Assembly (NCBI GenBank): GCA_963675745.2
Contig: CAXXWX010000028.1
Location: forward strand, 82,118 to 146,117
DNA: 64,000 bases
Reading direction: 5' to 3'
From: Phycisphaerae bacterium
Lineage (GTDB): Bacteria > Planctomycetota > Phycisphaerae > UBA1845 > Fen-1342
The position numbers were made by a program, and so were the translations under genes. Positions 1 through 9,920 of this stretch are shown here, piece after piece. The notes beneath the pieces are model-generated. The model was not told the DNA's origin. It worked only from the letters and a program-made list of their open reading frames with translations, and made no database searches. How positions within the stretch are numbered: position 1 is the stretch's first letter; the number at the start of each line of letters is the position of its first letter.

Positions 1-1676
1 TGGATCAGGTGCTGGTCAGCTCGATAGACCGCAGCCGGCATCCGGACATCAAACACGCCTGGATACTGGCGTTTAACGAGGGCGTGTTTCCATCACGGCC
101 AACGGAAGACACGCTCCTGACGACCGCTGATCGCGAATCGCTGAGCGCGGCGGGACTCGCCGCTCCCCTGCCACATCGTGACGACGTCTTTGGCGAGCGA
201 CTGCTGGCCTACATCGCCTGCACGCGGCCGTCACAAAGCCTGACGATCAGCTACGCAACCACCGATAACGCGGGCGAACCACTGCCGCCATCGCCGCTGC
301 TGGAGCACTTACGTCGCGCGCTGCCCCACCTGCGGCCCGAACGCGAGCAGGTCAACGCACCACCCACGACCATCCGCGAGTTGGTGCGCGATTACCACGA
401 TTGTCGCGCGAGCAATGACACTTCGCCCGCGATGGCGCGCTATATGGCATTGCGCGGAGAATTGGAGCGCGACCCAACTCACGCACCGCTGCTACAACGC
501 CTTACGCGTGGTGAGCGCTATGCCAATAGCCCCGAGCTAATCGGCAACTATCGGCGGCGCGCCGAAGATGCGCCGGACGTGCTGTGGACAACCTCACCTT
601 CCGAGCTGGAGACATACATCCAGTGCCCCTTCAAGCATTTCGTGCAGTACGGCTTGCGCGTCGCGGAGCAGCGCGGCCCGCAACCGCTGAGTTGGGATCT
701 CGGCAGTCTTGCACATGACTTACTTGCGGAAGTTACCCGCCGCGCGCTGGCGACAGGCCAAGTCGGCGACTTGAGCGATGGGCGTTGGCAGGAACTGCTG
801 GACGCGACACTTGCAACGCAAGTCGGTTCGCGGCCGCCGGACCTGGACAGCCTCCAGCCGCGGCGGGGATTTCTCGGCGGGTTTCAGGGCGAATTCACGC
901 GGGAGGTTCTTCAGGCCCATGTCAGTCGATGGCGCCGGGGTGAGTTTGAGCCATACCTGTGTGAGCAGTTGATCGATGATACGGACGGGGCCCTGCCGGT
1001 CCTGCGCGTGCCGCTGGCCGATGGCGGCGTCGTCCGCGTGCGCGGCCGGATCGATCGTGTGGATCGGCGGATCGATGCGCAGGGCACATGGCTGCTGCTG
1101 TATGACTACAAGACAAAGCCGCACGCGCTGACGGCACGTTTTCTCACCGGTGATCGGCTGCAATTGCTGCTCTATGCGCTGGCGCTGCGCGAAGCCGGTG
1201 GCGACACAGGGACCACGCGCATTGCGGGCGTGTTCCTCGCTCCATTGCGGCCGCAGACTGACACACTCAAAAGTGGTTACGTCGCCGAAGCCGACGACGA
1301 AACGCAGCGTATGTACCTCTACCGCCCACGCGGCCTGTTTACTCGCGCGGCGGCGCACATGCTGGACAACGGGCTCGGCCAGCAGATTTCCCCGGTGGCC
1401 CACATGAAACTCAAGAAGGACGGCGACTTCTCGGCGTCGTACAGGGATGTGATCGCTGACGACGCGCTCGACGCAAGGCTCGAACTGGCACGCGCGACGC
1501 TCTGCACAGCCGCCGATGCAGTCGCGCGCGGCGTCGTTGACATCGCCCCGCTCGTTGAGAATGACACGCTCGCCTGCCGCGACTGTTCCTACAACACGCT
1601 GTGTCGCTTTGACCGCGCGTTCAATCGGCCACGACCGGCTGAAACAGCCTTGCCGATGCTCGAGGACCAAAGCTGA
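1..1676 (+). CDS. addB: AddB/RexB-type PD-(D/E)XK nuclease subunit of helicase-nuclease (5' end outside the window)
   Basis: RGRIDRVD...YDYK...QLLLY RecB-family nuclease motifs; QCPF...CRDCSYNTLC four-Cys Fe-S staple; stop overlaps the start of an AddA-like gene (TGATG). Confidence 0.85.
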   Translation, partial: DQVLVSSIDRSRHPDIKHAWILAFNEGVFPSRPTEDTLLTTADRESLSAAGLAAPLPHRDDVFGERLLAYIACTRPSQSLTISYATTDNAGEPLPPSPLLEHLRRALPHLRPEREQVNAPPTTIRELVRDYHDCRASNDTSPAMARYMALRGELERDPTHAPLLQRLTRGERYANSPELIGNYRRRAEDAPDVLWTTSPSELETYIQCPFKHFVQYGLRVAEQRGPQPLSWDLGSLAHDLLAEVTRRALATGQVGDLSDGRWQELLDATLATQVGSRPPDLDSLQPRRGFLGGFQGEFTREVLQAHVSRWRRGEFEPYLCEQLIDDTDGALPVLRVPLADGGVVRVRGRIDRVDRRIDAQGTWLLLYDYKTKPHALTARFLTGDRLQLLLYALALREAGGDTGTTRIAGVFLAPLRPQTDTLKSGYVAEADDETQRMYLYRPRGLFTRAAAHMLDNGLGQQISPVAHMKLKKDGDFSASYRDVIADDALDARLELARATLCTAADAVARGVVDIAPLVENDTLACRDCSYNTLCRFDRAFNRPRPAETALPMLEDQS

Positions 1677-4600
1677 TGCGCTTGACAGAGAGTCAACGTG
1701 CCGCCATCGAGCATCGCGGGGCCAGTCTGCTGGTGGCCGCGTCGGCCGGCTCCGGCAAGACCGAAGTGTTGGCGCGGCGGTGCGTTGATCTGATCGCCGA
1801 CCCACGCCGGCCCTGCCCGGTCGAACGTCTGCTGGTAGTGACGTTTACACGGGCGGCGGCGGCGGAGTTGCGCGTGCGCGTGGCGCGCATGCTGCGCGAA
1901 GCCGCGGACGACCCGCACCATCGGCCGGTGCGCGAGCATCTCCGCCGCCAGGAGATGCTGGTCGATGCGGCGGACATCGGCACCATCGACAGTTGGTGCG
2001 GGCGCTTGTTGCGCGAGCACTTCGCCGAGGCCGGCGTCGATCCGGCATTTGCCGTGCTTGATGAACAAGAAGCGGCCATGCTGCGCGCCGAGACGCTTGA
2101 CGCACTGTTCGACTGGATCTATCGCGAAGACGGTGATGAACTCGCCGCGCGTGGGCGCGCATGGATTCGCCGACACGAGCGGCCGTCCGACGAATTCCTG
2201 CGCCGTCTGGTCCGCGCGCTCAACCACGCCCGCGAACACCTGGTACTGCCCGAGCAGTGGCTGGCCCGTCAGTTGACCGCCTGCGAACGCGACGCGAGCG
2301 AAGTCGCCGCTGCTGATCTACGGTTGGCAACCGGCGCGCTGCGAACCGAGTGCATGTTTCAGGAACGGCAGATCGCCGCGCTGACGGCCGGCCAGCCGGA
2401 GCTTGGCGCTGCTCTCGCAGACTACGCCACCGCGCTGGCGCGCTGGGCTGATCGCCTCACCAGTCCGGATACGACGCTTGAAGTCGCGGAGGAGATCGAC
2501 GCATTCAAACTGGCCACACGCTCAACTCTCCCGGATAGCGCCGCGGCCCGGTTCAAGCAGGTGCGTGAGCGCTGGCTGAAACGCCGCTTGCAAGGCCGCT
2601 GGGGTGGTAAGGAGCTTGAGCCGCGTATCACGCACGCCGGCCGCACGGCGGCGCTGCTGCAAACGCTGCTGGGCCTGGAACAGCGCTACGAGACAATGCT
2701 CGCCGCCGCAAAGCGCGAGCGGGCCGCGTACGAGTTTGGCGACGTGCTGCGCCTTGCACTGCGCTTGCTCGGGACACCCCGCGATGAGGGTACACTGGCG
2801 CCGACGGTAATCGCGCGTGAGCTGCGGCAGCGCTACGAACACGTGCTGGTGGATGAATACCAGGACACCAGCCCGGTGCAGGTCGAACTGCTCAGGCTTG
2901 TGACGCGCACCAAGCGTGGGGCGGCCAACCGCTTTATGGTCGGCGATGTGAAGCAGAGCATCTACGGCTTTCGCCATGCCGATCCGCGCCTTTTCGCGGC
3001 CCAGGCCGCCGCGTTTGAGAATGGAACGGAAGATGGGCGGGTCATATACCTTTCCGACAATTTCCGCAGTCACCCTGATCTGCTCGGCGGGCTGAATCGG
3101 ATATTCGCCGCCGTGTTCGACGCGCACCTGGGCGGTACACCTTTCAGCGAGCGTGAACAGCTCTCGGCCGGCCGTGAGGAGATCGCGAATCCCACGCTCG
3201 ACGGCACGCCGCGCATCCGGCTCTGTCTTCTGGAAAGCGAACGCGGGCGCAGCGCGTCAGCAGACACTGACGACGGCGGCGAGGTAACGCTCGAACGCAT
3301 CGAGCGCGAAGCCGTCGTCACAGCCGCCGCCATCCGACAGATGTTGGCCGATGGCGTCGAGATACCCGACCGTGACGATAACGACCAACTCTGCCTGCGA
3401 CCGTTGCGCCTGTCCGACATCCTGATCCTGCTGCGGTCCGCCAAATCAAACGCCGCACTCGTCGCAAGCATGGTACGCGCCCACGGCCTGCCCTGCGTGA
3501 CCGGCGGCAAGGAGACGTTGCTCGATGCGCTGGAAGTGCAGGACGTGATAAACGTTTTGCGTCTGCTGGCCAGCCGCCGGCAGGAGATCCCGCTGGCGGC
3601 GTATCTGCGGAGCCCGTTGGCGGGCTTGACCGCTGCGGAGCTGTTGGCTATCCGCCAGTTAGCGCCCCACGACCACTTCTGGGACGCCGTCAAGCAGTAT
3701 CGTGCGAGCGGCTTGGATGCAGCCCTGGTTGCCAAGCTCGAACAGGCGCTGGGCCGGTTGGAGAACTGGTCGATCGCCGCCCGGGACAGTGATCTACCCA
3801 CTCTGTTGCGGCGGATTGCCGGCGACTGCGACCTGGAGCACTTCGCCGCCGGGCTGCCTGGTGGTCGCCAACGGGCCGGCGTGCTGACGGCGTTGGTCGA
3901 TTACGCGGTCGAGTTCGCGCACAAGGGGCAGCGCGGCGTGGCTGAGTTTGTCGAACACCTTGACCAGGTTGACGAGCAGGAGCTTGACTTACAGGCGCTG
4001 GTCCCCGCGGGTGATGACGCCGTTCGGGTGATGACGATTCACTCGGCCAAGGGGTTGGAGTTCCCGGTGGTTTTTGTCCTGAACGCCGGCGCACCTTTTA
4101 ATCGCCAATCGTTGGCGAATGCCCTGCAATTTGACGAGCAAGCAGGTCTGGGGCTGCGCTTCCTTGACTATCCATCACGGACCGAACTAACAAACACCGC
4201 CCATCTGTGCTGCCGGCACGCGCGCCAGGCACGCGACATCGAAGAGGAGCTGCGCCTGCTGTATGTCGCGACAACCCGCGCCCGCGAACGTCTGTTCATC
4301 ATCGGGCACACGCAACGCGGCGCCTGGGACGAGGCGCTGGAGCTGTATCGCGACCAGCCGCCACTGATCACGCGCTTGTCCGCCGGCGGCATGCTGGAGT
4401 GGGTGTTGATGGGCGTTGCCGCCGGCCGGTTGACCGACGGCGAACAACCGTTGGCGCAGGTTGATATTCATGACTCAGCGGCGATCACGGAAGAAGCGCG
4501 CGGCGGCGAGGGCCCGGAGCAATCCCCACCACCGCTGATGGACGCCGACCATGGCTGGATGACGGAGGCGCGCCGCCTGCTCGATTCCCGGATTGACAGC

Positions 4601-5290
4601 GCGCTGTCGGGTTATCCGGCGGTGCTCTCGGTCAGCGCGCTCAAAGAGCTTGCAACGCGCGACAGTGCGGCTGATTGCCCGCACATGCCGCGCGCGCGGG
4701 AATCACAGCTCGCAGCACCGGTGTTCGCCAGAGAAGCGGCCAGCGTGGACGGACGGGTATACGGGACGGCCTGCCACCGATTCCTGCAACACGCCGACCT
4801 CACAAAGCTCGCCGGTGAGATGGAGGTACAGGCGCAAATCGCATCGCTGGTGGCGGCCGGCCGGTTGGAGCATGACCAAGCGGCGTTGCTGTCGGTTGCC
4901 GATCTTGTGTGGTTTGGCCAATCCGCCGAGGGGGACCTGCTGGCCAAGCACGCCGACCGGTGTCTGCGCGAACTGCCGCTGGTGTACTCGTTGCCCACGG
5001 GTATCGGTGACGAGCGTTCGATCATTCGCGGCGTGGTTGACTGCCTGCTGGCGACTGATGCCGGGTACGTGTTGTATGACTACAAGAGCGATGACGTCGC
5101 CGATCAGGCCACCATGCGCCGGCGCGTCGAAGGCTACAGCGTGCAGATGCAGCTCTATGCCGCCGCCGTTCGAGACATTCTGGGTCAGCCGGTCAAACGT
5201 GCGGCGCTGATCTTCCTGACGGCCCACACGGTTGTCGAAATCGGCCTGGAATCGCCGACACTGGGGCGGTTGCTGGAATCGCTGGGGTAG
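1676..5290 (+). CDS. addA: AddA/UvrD-type ATP-dependent helicase with C-terminal nuclease
   Basis: ASAGSGKT Walker A, VTFTRAAA, VDEYQDTS, GDVKQSIYGFR, MTIHSAKGLEF, LYVATTRAR; C-terminal GVVD..DYK..QMQLY; 1204 aa. Confidence 0.92.
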   Translation: MRLTESQRAAIEHRGASLLVAASAGSGKTEVLARRCVDLIADPRRPCPVERLLVVTFTRAAAAELRVRVARMLREAADDPHHRPVREHLRRQEMLVDAADIGTIDSWCGRLLREHFAEAGVDPAFAVLDEQEAAMLRAETLDALFDWIYREDGDELAARGRAWIRRHERPSDEFLRRLVRALNHAREHLVLPEQWLARQLTACERDASEVAAADLRLATGALRTECMFQERQIAALTAGQPELGAALADYATALARWADRLTSPDTTLEVAEEIDAFKLATRSTLPDSAAARFKQVRERWLKRRLQGRWGGKELEPRITHAGRTAALLQTLLGLEQRYETMLAAAKRERAAYEFGDVLRLALRLLGTPRDEGTLAPTVIARELRQRYEHVLVDEYQDTSPVQVELLRLVTRTKRGAANRFMVGDVKQSIYGFRHADPRLFAAQAAAFENGTEDGRVIYLSDNFRSHPDLLGGLNRIFAAVFDAHLGGTPFSEREQLSAGREEIANPTLDGTPRIRLCLLESERGRSASADTDDGGEVTLERIEREAVVTAAAIRQMLADGVEIPDRDDNDQLCLRPLRLSDILILLRSAKSNAALVASMVRAHGLPCVTGGKETLLDALEVQDVINVLRLLASRRQEIPLAAYLRSPLAGLTAAELLAIRQLAPHDHFWDAVKQYRASGLDAALVAKLEQALGRLENWSIAARDSDLPTLLRRIAGDCDLEHFAAGLPGGRQRAGVLTALVDYAVEFAHKGQRGVAEFVEHLDQVDEQELDLQALVPAGDDAVRVMTIHSAKGLEFPVVFVLNAGAPFNRQSLANALQFDEQAGLGLRFLDYPSRTELTNTAHLCCRHARQARDIEEELRLLYVATTRARERLFIIGHTQRGAWDEALELYRDQPPLITRLSAGGMLEWVLMGVAAGRLTDGEQPLAQVDIHDSAAITEEARGGEGPEQSPPPLMDADHGWMTEARRLLDSRIDSALSGYPAVLSVSALKELATRDSAADCPHMPRARESQLAAPVFAREAASVDGRVYGTACHRFLQHADLTKLAGEMEVQAQIASLVAAGRLEHDQAALLSVADLVWFGQSAEGDLLAKHADRCLRELPLVYSLPTGIGDERSIIRGVVDCLLATDAGYVLYDYKSDDVADQATMRRRVEGYSVQMQLYAAAVRDILGQPVKRAALIFLTAHTVVEIGLESPTLGRLLESLG

Positions 5291-5355
5291 GTGCCTTGGC
5301 GGCCGCACGTGGACACACTAGCATGGAACCACATTTGCAATCGCGGGAGCCTTAG

Positions 5356-6357
5356 ATGTTGACCAAGGCAACAGTCGTCGGCACGGGGGCGATGGGTACT
5401 ATCGTGGCCCATTTGCTGGCCACGAACGGCATTCACGTGGCGCTGCTGGCGCGTGACCACGAACGGGCACAGACGCTGTTGTTCGAGCGTGAAAACAAGC
5501 GCTACCTCCCCGGCCTAGGCCTCTCGCAGCGCATCACGCCCACCGATAATGCGGCGGCTGCGCTGGCAAACACGGAACTGATCGTATCCGCCGTGCCGGG
5601 TCAACACGTACGCGCGGTATGGCAGGGTATTGGCGGACACGTCGATGCCGGCGTGCCGATATGCAGTGTGACAAAAGGGCTCGAGATAGACACGCTCGCG
5701 CGGCCCAGCGAGATCATCCTCACGTGCGTGCCCAAGTCCCCAATCGTGGTTCTCTCGGGACCGAGCATCGCCCCCGAACTGGCGCGCTGCCTGCCGGCGA
5801 CAGTCGTGGCCGCATGTACCGACGACGCGGTCGCCGAGCTCACCCAAAGCGTGATGAGCACCTCGTGGTTTCGCATCTACACGAACAACGACACGCGCGG
5901 CGTCGAGTTGGCCGGGGCGCTCAAGAACGTGATCGCACTGGCCGCGGGGATACTCGACGGACTGCGTGCCGGTGACAATGCCAAGGCCGCACTGCTGACG
6001 CGCGGCCTGGTTGAAATAACGCGGCTGGGCACGGCGCTCGGCGCGCGCGCCGAGACGTTCGGCGGGCTCGCCGGCATTGGCGACCTGGTAACGACCTGCA
6101 TCTCGCCGGTGGGTCGCAATCGTTCCGCCGGTGAGCGCATTGGTCGGGGTGTCGCTCCGGACGACGTGGTGCGCCAGAGCCAATCGGTGATTGAGGGTGT
6201 GCCGACGACGCGCGCGGTGATAAGGCTCGCGGAGCGGGCCGGCGTCGAGATGCCGATCACTCGCGCGGTTTTTGAGGTGCTGTTTGAAGAAAAATCACCG
6301 ATCACGGCCATCAGTGAACTGATGAGCCGCCCCCAAAAGGCGGAGCAGAACCGCTGA
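5356..6357 (+). CDS. gpsA: NAD(P)H-dependent glycerol-3-phosphate dehydrogenase
   Basis: GTGAMGT Rossmann motif, TKGLE, SGPS, GALKNVIA, GDLVTTC..GRN motifs. Confidence 0.95.
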   Translation: MLTKATVVGTGAMGTIVAHLLATNGIHVALLARDHERAQTLLFERENKRYLPGLGLSQRITPTDNAAAALANTELIVSAVPGQHVRAVWQGIGGHVDAGVPICSVTKGLEIDTLARPSEIILTCVPKSPIVVLSGPSIAPELARCLPATVVAACTDDAVAELTQSVMSTSWFRIYTNNDTRGVELAGALKNVIALAAGILDGLRAGDNAKAALLTRGLVEITRLGTALGARAETFGGLAGIGDLVTTCISPVGRNRSAGERIGRGVAPDDVVRQSQSVIEGVPTTRAVIRLAERAGVEMPITRAVFEVLFEEKSPITAISELMSRPQKAEQNR

Positions 6358-6417
6358 CGCCGGTTCCAACTCGGCGTTTCGCCCGCGTCTCGCTTCGGCT
6401 TTCGACACGCCGCCGAC

Positions 6418-8172
6418 CTACAGGCCGCCGTCAAACACCGCCTGGAAATTAACGAAATCAGGCATGGAGATGTCGTCGTTTTCGTCGGCGTCACCATTCA
6501 GACATACATGGCCTTCGACGAATGTGTCGTCCGGCCCTTGCATGCAGAAGATGAAATAACCGAAGTCCGTGCCGTCGATGTCGCCGTCCACGTCGAAGTC
6601 GCCGGGGCCGGCCCACACATCACAGAGCACGATATCCAACTGGGCGAGTTCGCCCGGCCACACCGTGATGCCCGGATACGTCTTCTGCGAGCAAGCCGTC
6701 GATTCAGCCGTCACCGTATAGCTGGTCCCACCCGAGGCAGCCGGTATCAGCGTGACGACATAGATCCCGTTTCCGTCTGTCTGCACCGTCGCCAGACCGC
6801 CAACCTGGACGTCCGCACCATCAACGGGCAGCCCGGTGTTATCGTCGATCACCTGGCCCCACAGCGTGCCCTCGGTGGCCGTCGCCGGGTCACGCCACGG
6901 CATCACCGGCACGGTCGTGGCCGTCGTGAAGATGAACGTGGAAACGTACGTGTACCAGGTCCAGTCTGTTTCCGGCGTGCCGTTAATGTTCTCGTCGGCG
7001 GTCGCGTCATACGAGTAGTTGCAGGTGCCGTCCGCCCCGGCTGAGTAGCAGTATTGCAGTTGCGTCACACTGTCGATCTTGCGGTTCAGGTAGTTGCCCT
7101 GCCCGCAGATTACGTGTCGACTGTAGCTCCAGCCGATCGCCGCATCCACCCATTGGCGATACCAGGCGGCCTCGGTGGTATCAAACTCGCGCTTGTAGTT
7201 CATGGGGACGGCGATATCGAGCCAGCCGCGTTCCATCCACAAGCGCCAATTCTGGTGCAGGCGATAGGCGTCGGAGTTGCTGAAGTTGGCGGGGGCGCCG
7301 CCCCAGCAAATCAGGTCGGCCGTCAGGGCCAGTGGCTGGCTGGGATTGCTGGTAATCGATGGAATCTCCGCACGCAGACGCCGTACGAACTCATCGATGG
7401 TCTGCCGCCGGAAATTGTTCCAGGACGTCACTCCGGTGGGCGCCGGTGTGCCGACGTAGCCGGTCAGATCCTGAAAACGCGCCAGCGATGATTTGGCATA
7501 GCCGGCGTCGGCGGGATAGCCGGCGTCTTCCTGCGTATAGCGGATATAGTCGAGATTGATGCCATCGATCGCGTAGTTCTGCACGAGTTCGCGCACGATG
7601 CTGACGAGGTATTCCTGCACGTCGGGCGAACCGGGATCGAGGGTGTACTTGCCGCCGATCGTCGCCGGCCCACCATCCATATCCGCCTGCTCGACCATCA
7701 ACCACTCGGGATGGGCCGTGAGCTGGGTATTGTTGTTGGGTGGCCAGGATGTGCTGGCGCGGTAGGGGACGATCCAGGCCTGCACCTCGATGCCGTTTGC
7801 GTGCGCCTGCGTGACAAGCACCGCCAGCGGGTCGATTCCGCCGGAAATATCGGTCGCCTTGGGCACGATACTCGAATTCCAGTAGGCCCCGTGGCCGCTG
7901 CTGCCGTTGTCGTGATAGGCCAACACCTCGGCGATGATCACGTTGTAATTGCCAGCCAGAGCGCGTGAAATCAGGGAGTTGATCTGTGTGGTGCTTTTGA
8001 AGCCCTGGCTGAATGCGTCGGCCCAGAATGCACGATATTCGGGAGTTCGGTCGGGGAGGTATGCCCCGTCGTTCCAGGTGAGATCATCGCTGCCAGCCCA
8101 GACCGCACCGACCAGCCCAGTTGTTATCAAGACCAAAATCCCGCAGCGAGCGCGCATAGTCTGTGCCAACAT
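6418..8172 (-). CDS. Secreted glycosyl hydrolase-like 10 (DUF187/YddW-type) protein with beta-sandwich and C-terminal dockerin-like domain
   Basis: Signal peptide; EYRAFWAD, DPLA..V..AH..GIEVQAW, LDPG.PDVQ, Y.IDGINLDYIRY motifs; C-terminal GDFDVDGDIDGTDF...GDADENDDIS; ATG 8172 preceded by GGAAGGGA. Confidence 0.8.
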   Translation of the reverse strand: MLAQTMRARCGILVLITTGLVGAVWAGSDDLTWNDGAYLPDRTPEYRAFWADAFSQGFKSTTQINSLISRALAGNYNVIIAEVLAYHDNGSSGHGAYWNSSIVPKATDISGGIDPLAVLVTQAHANGIEVQAWIVPYRASTSWPPNNNTQLTAHPEWLMVEQADMDGGPATIGGKYTLDPGSPDVQEYLVSIVRELVQNYAIDGINLDYIRYTQEDAGYPADAGYAKSSLARFQDLTGYVGTPAPTGVTSWNNFRRQTIDEFVRRLRAEIPSITSNPSQPLALTADLICWGGAPANFSNSDAYRLHQNWRLWMERGWLDIAVPMNYKREFDTTEAAWYRQWVDAAIGWSYSRHVICGQGNYLNRKIDSVTQLQYCYSAGADGTCNYSYDATADENINGTPETDWTWYTYVSTFIFTTATTVPVMPWRDPATATEGTLWGQVIDDNTGLPVDGADVQVGGLATVQTDGNGIYVVTLIPAASGGTSYTVTAESTACSQKTYPGITVWPGELAQLDIVLCDVWAGPGDFDVDGDIDGTDFGYFIFCMQGPDDTFVEGHVCLNGDADENDDISMPDFVNFQAVFDGGL

Positions 8173-8335
8173 ATTCCCTTCCAAATCTGGGCCCAAAACG
8201 GCCCAACGGGTCCGGTCGCCGACCGCACGGGGTCGGCGAGAATGAACCCCCATTGTAGTCATTTACGACGTCAGGCGGGAGAAAAAACGCCGTTCAAGCC
8301 GGATTGGAGGGGGTATTCCCGGTGTCGGCGTCGCC

Positions 8336-8415
8336 GTTACGATCGGCGCCTCGCAGGCCGTCGGTCAGAAGCGATGCTTCCGATATGCGACGGCCGACGA
8401 GGCGCCGGCTGTGAC
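8336..8415. repeat. REPIN-like ~80-bp element (two inverted REP-like palindromes)
   Basis: gttacgatcggcgcctcgcaggccgtcg...cgacggccgacgaggcgccggctgtgac; shares arms and the gtcagaagcg spacer with 16873-16952. Confidence 0.65.
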
Positions 8416-8467
8416 GGTTCGCGCCGAACCACGGTGCGAAACACGATGTACCCTTGGTAGAGCGGCG

Positions 8468-9574
8468 CTAAGGCCGGCTGCGCTCCAGGCGCTTGAGCGC
8501 CTCTTCGTACTGGGGCATCTGCTCGGCGTCGAGCAGCTTGGTGACCTTGGCCTGGAACTTGGTCGCCAGGGCGGCCTGGGCCTCGGTATCACGGCGTTGT
8601 ATGACGCGTAACTCGACTTGGGCCTCGCGTTCGAGTTCGCGAACCTGCCCTTTCTGCGCCTCGGTCAGACGCACGCGCCGGGCGGCGCGCAGAACCGTTC
8701 GCACGTCACGCGGGCCGGTCCGCTCCTTACTCTCGGCGGCGGTCGCCTGCCCATAGCCGGTCTCCTGGCGAAAATCAGCCAGCGCCGCGCGCTGGTCCTC
8801 GCGCAAGATGCCGCCAACCTGATCCAGGAAGCCAGAGAGCGCGGCGTCCATATCGGGGCGATTGGCCTGCAACTCGGCTTCAAGCTCGGCGGCGCGTTGC
8901 ATATCGCCGGCCTCGCGCGCCTCGCGAATCGCCTCGAAGGTCGGGCGCATGTCCTGCCAGTTGTCGCGCATGCCCTGGCGCATGCTATTGACCATCTCGT
9001 CGTACTGGGCACGTTGATCATCGTCGAGATTGAGCGCATCGGGCAGTTCGCGAACCATGCGGCGGCGCTGCTGGAACGACTCACGTTCGACTTGGCGCTG
9101 TGCCATGCGCTCGCGCATGTTGTCGAGCGTGGCCAACTGGTCCTCATTGAGGACCGGTTCCAGCTCGTCGAGTGTCTTCTCCATGGCCTCCCAGGGCCCG
9201 TTCCATTCGGGCATCTCCGATCGCAATTGGGCGGCCAGCTCCGTGTTTCCGTCGCGTTCGGCCTGGCGGATTTCTCCCCAGCGCTGACCCATCTCGCGCA
9301 TGGCCTCGCGTTGCGGGGCGGTTATGCGGTCAAACTCCGCGCGTTGGGTCTCATCGAGTGCAAGCTGATCGGCGATACGATCCAGCATGCGGCCGGGCCG
9401 CATCCCGCCGCGCCGACCACCGGGGCCACCACGACCCTCGGGGCCACCACGGCCCTCGGGGCCACCTGGGCCACGGCGTTCGCCATCGGGTGGCCCACCG
9501 GGGGCAAAGGGTTGTGCGGATGCAAGAACGCTGGTGAATCCGAATGCGATGATGACGGCAAGGATGGATCTCAT
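8468..9574 (-). CDS. Periplasmic helical protein with repeated LTxxQ (Spy/CpxP-like) motifs
   Basis: Signal peptide, Gly/Pro/Arg-rich linker, six L[DNRT]xxQ motifs; TATAAT on the minus strand at 9649-9654. Confidence 0.6.
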   Translation of the reverse strand: MRSILAVIIAFGFTSVLASAQPFAPGGPPDGERRGPGGPEGRGGPEGRGGPGGRRGGMRPGRMLDRIADQLALDETQRAEFDRITAPQREAMREMGQRWGEIRQAERDGNTELAAQLRSEMPEWNGPWEAMEKTLDELEPVLNEDQLATLDNMRERMAQRQVERESFQQRRRMVRELPDALNLDDDQRAQYDEMVNSMRQGMRDNWQDMRPTFEAIREAREAGDMQRAAELEAELQANRPDMDAALSGFLDQVGGILREDQRAALADFRQETGYGQATAAESKERTGPRDVRTVLRAARRVRLTEAQKGQVRELEREAQVELRVIQRRDTEAQAALATKFQAKVTKLLDAEQMPQYEEALKRLERSRP

Positions 9575-9920
9575 GTCACGCGCTCCGTTAGGTTGCGAGT
9601 CGAGTCACCGAGTGCGCAGCCAGACAGGCAGCGCGAGAATACTGCGGCATTATAGCCTAACGGCCGCCCAGGCGTTTTATTCCAGCCCGGACAGACGAAT
9701 TGGCATAGTCGGGCAGTTAAGAGGCGGCGAACGGCTCGTCGCTTCGCGTCGCACCAGCGCCGGGCATCGTCGAAGTCCCTCCGTATTTGTCAGAAAGCGT
9801 ATACCGCGCTGGCAACGCGGCGCGCCCGTGGCCTATACTCGCCGCTTGGTCGCCGGCCCGGCCCGGTGACCTACTCACCCAACTCGGAACAGCAAACTGC
9901 GAACCAGGAGGACGTATCGC

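Noticed and set aside
560..1676. Cas4-like nuclease with four Cys
   Set aside because: It is the C-terminal Fe-S nuclease domain of AddB, coupled to addA; no cas genes or array are present.
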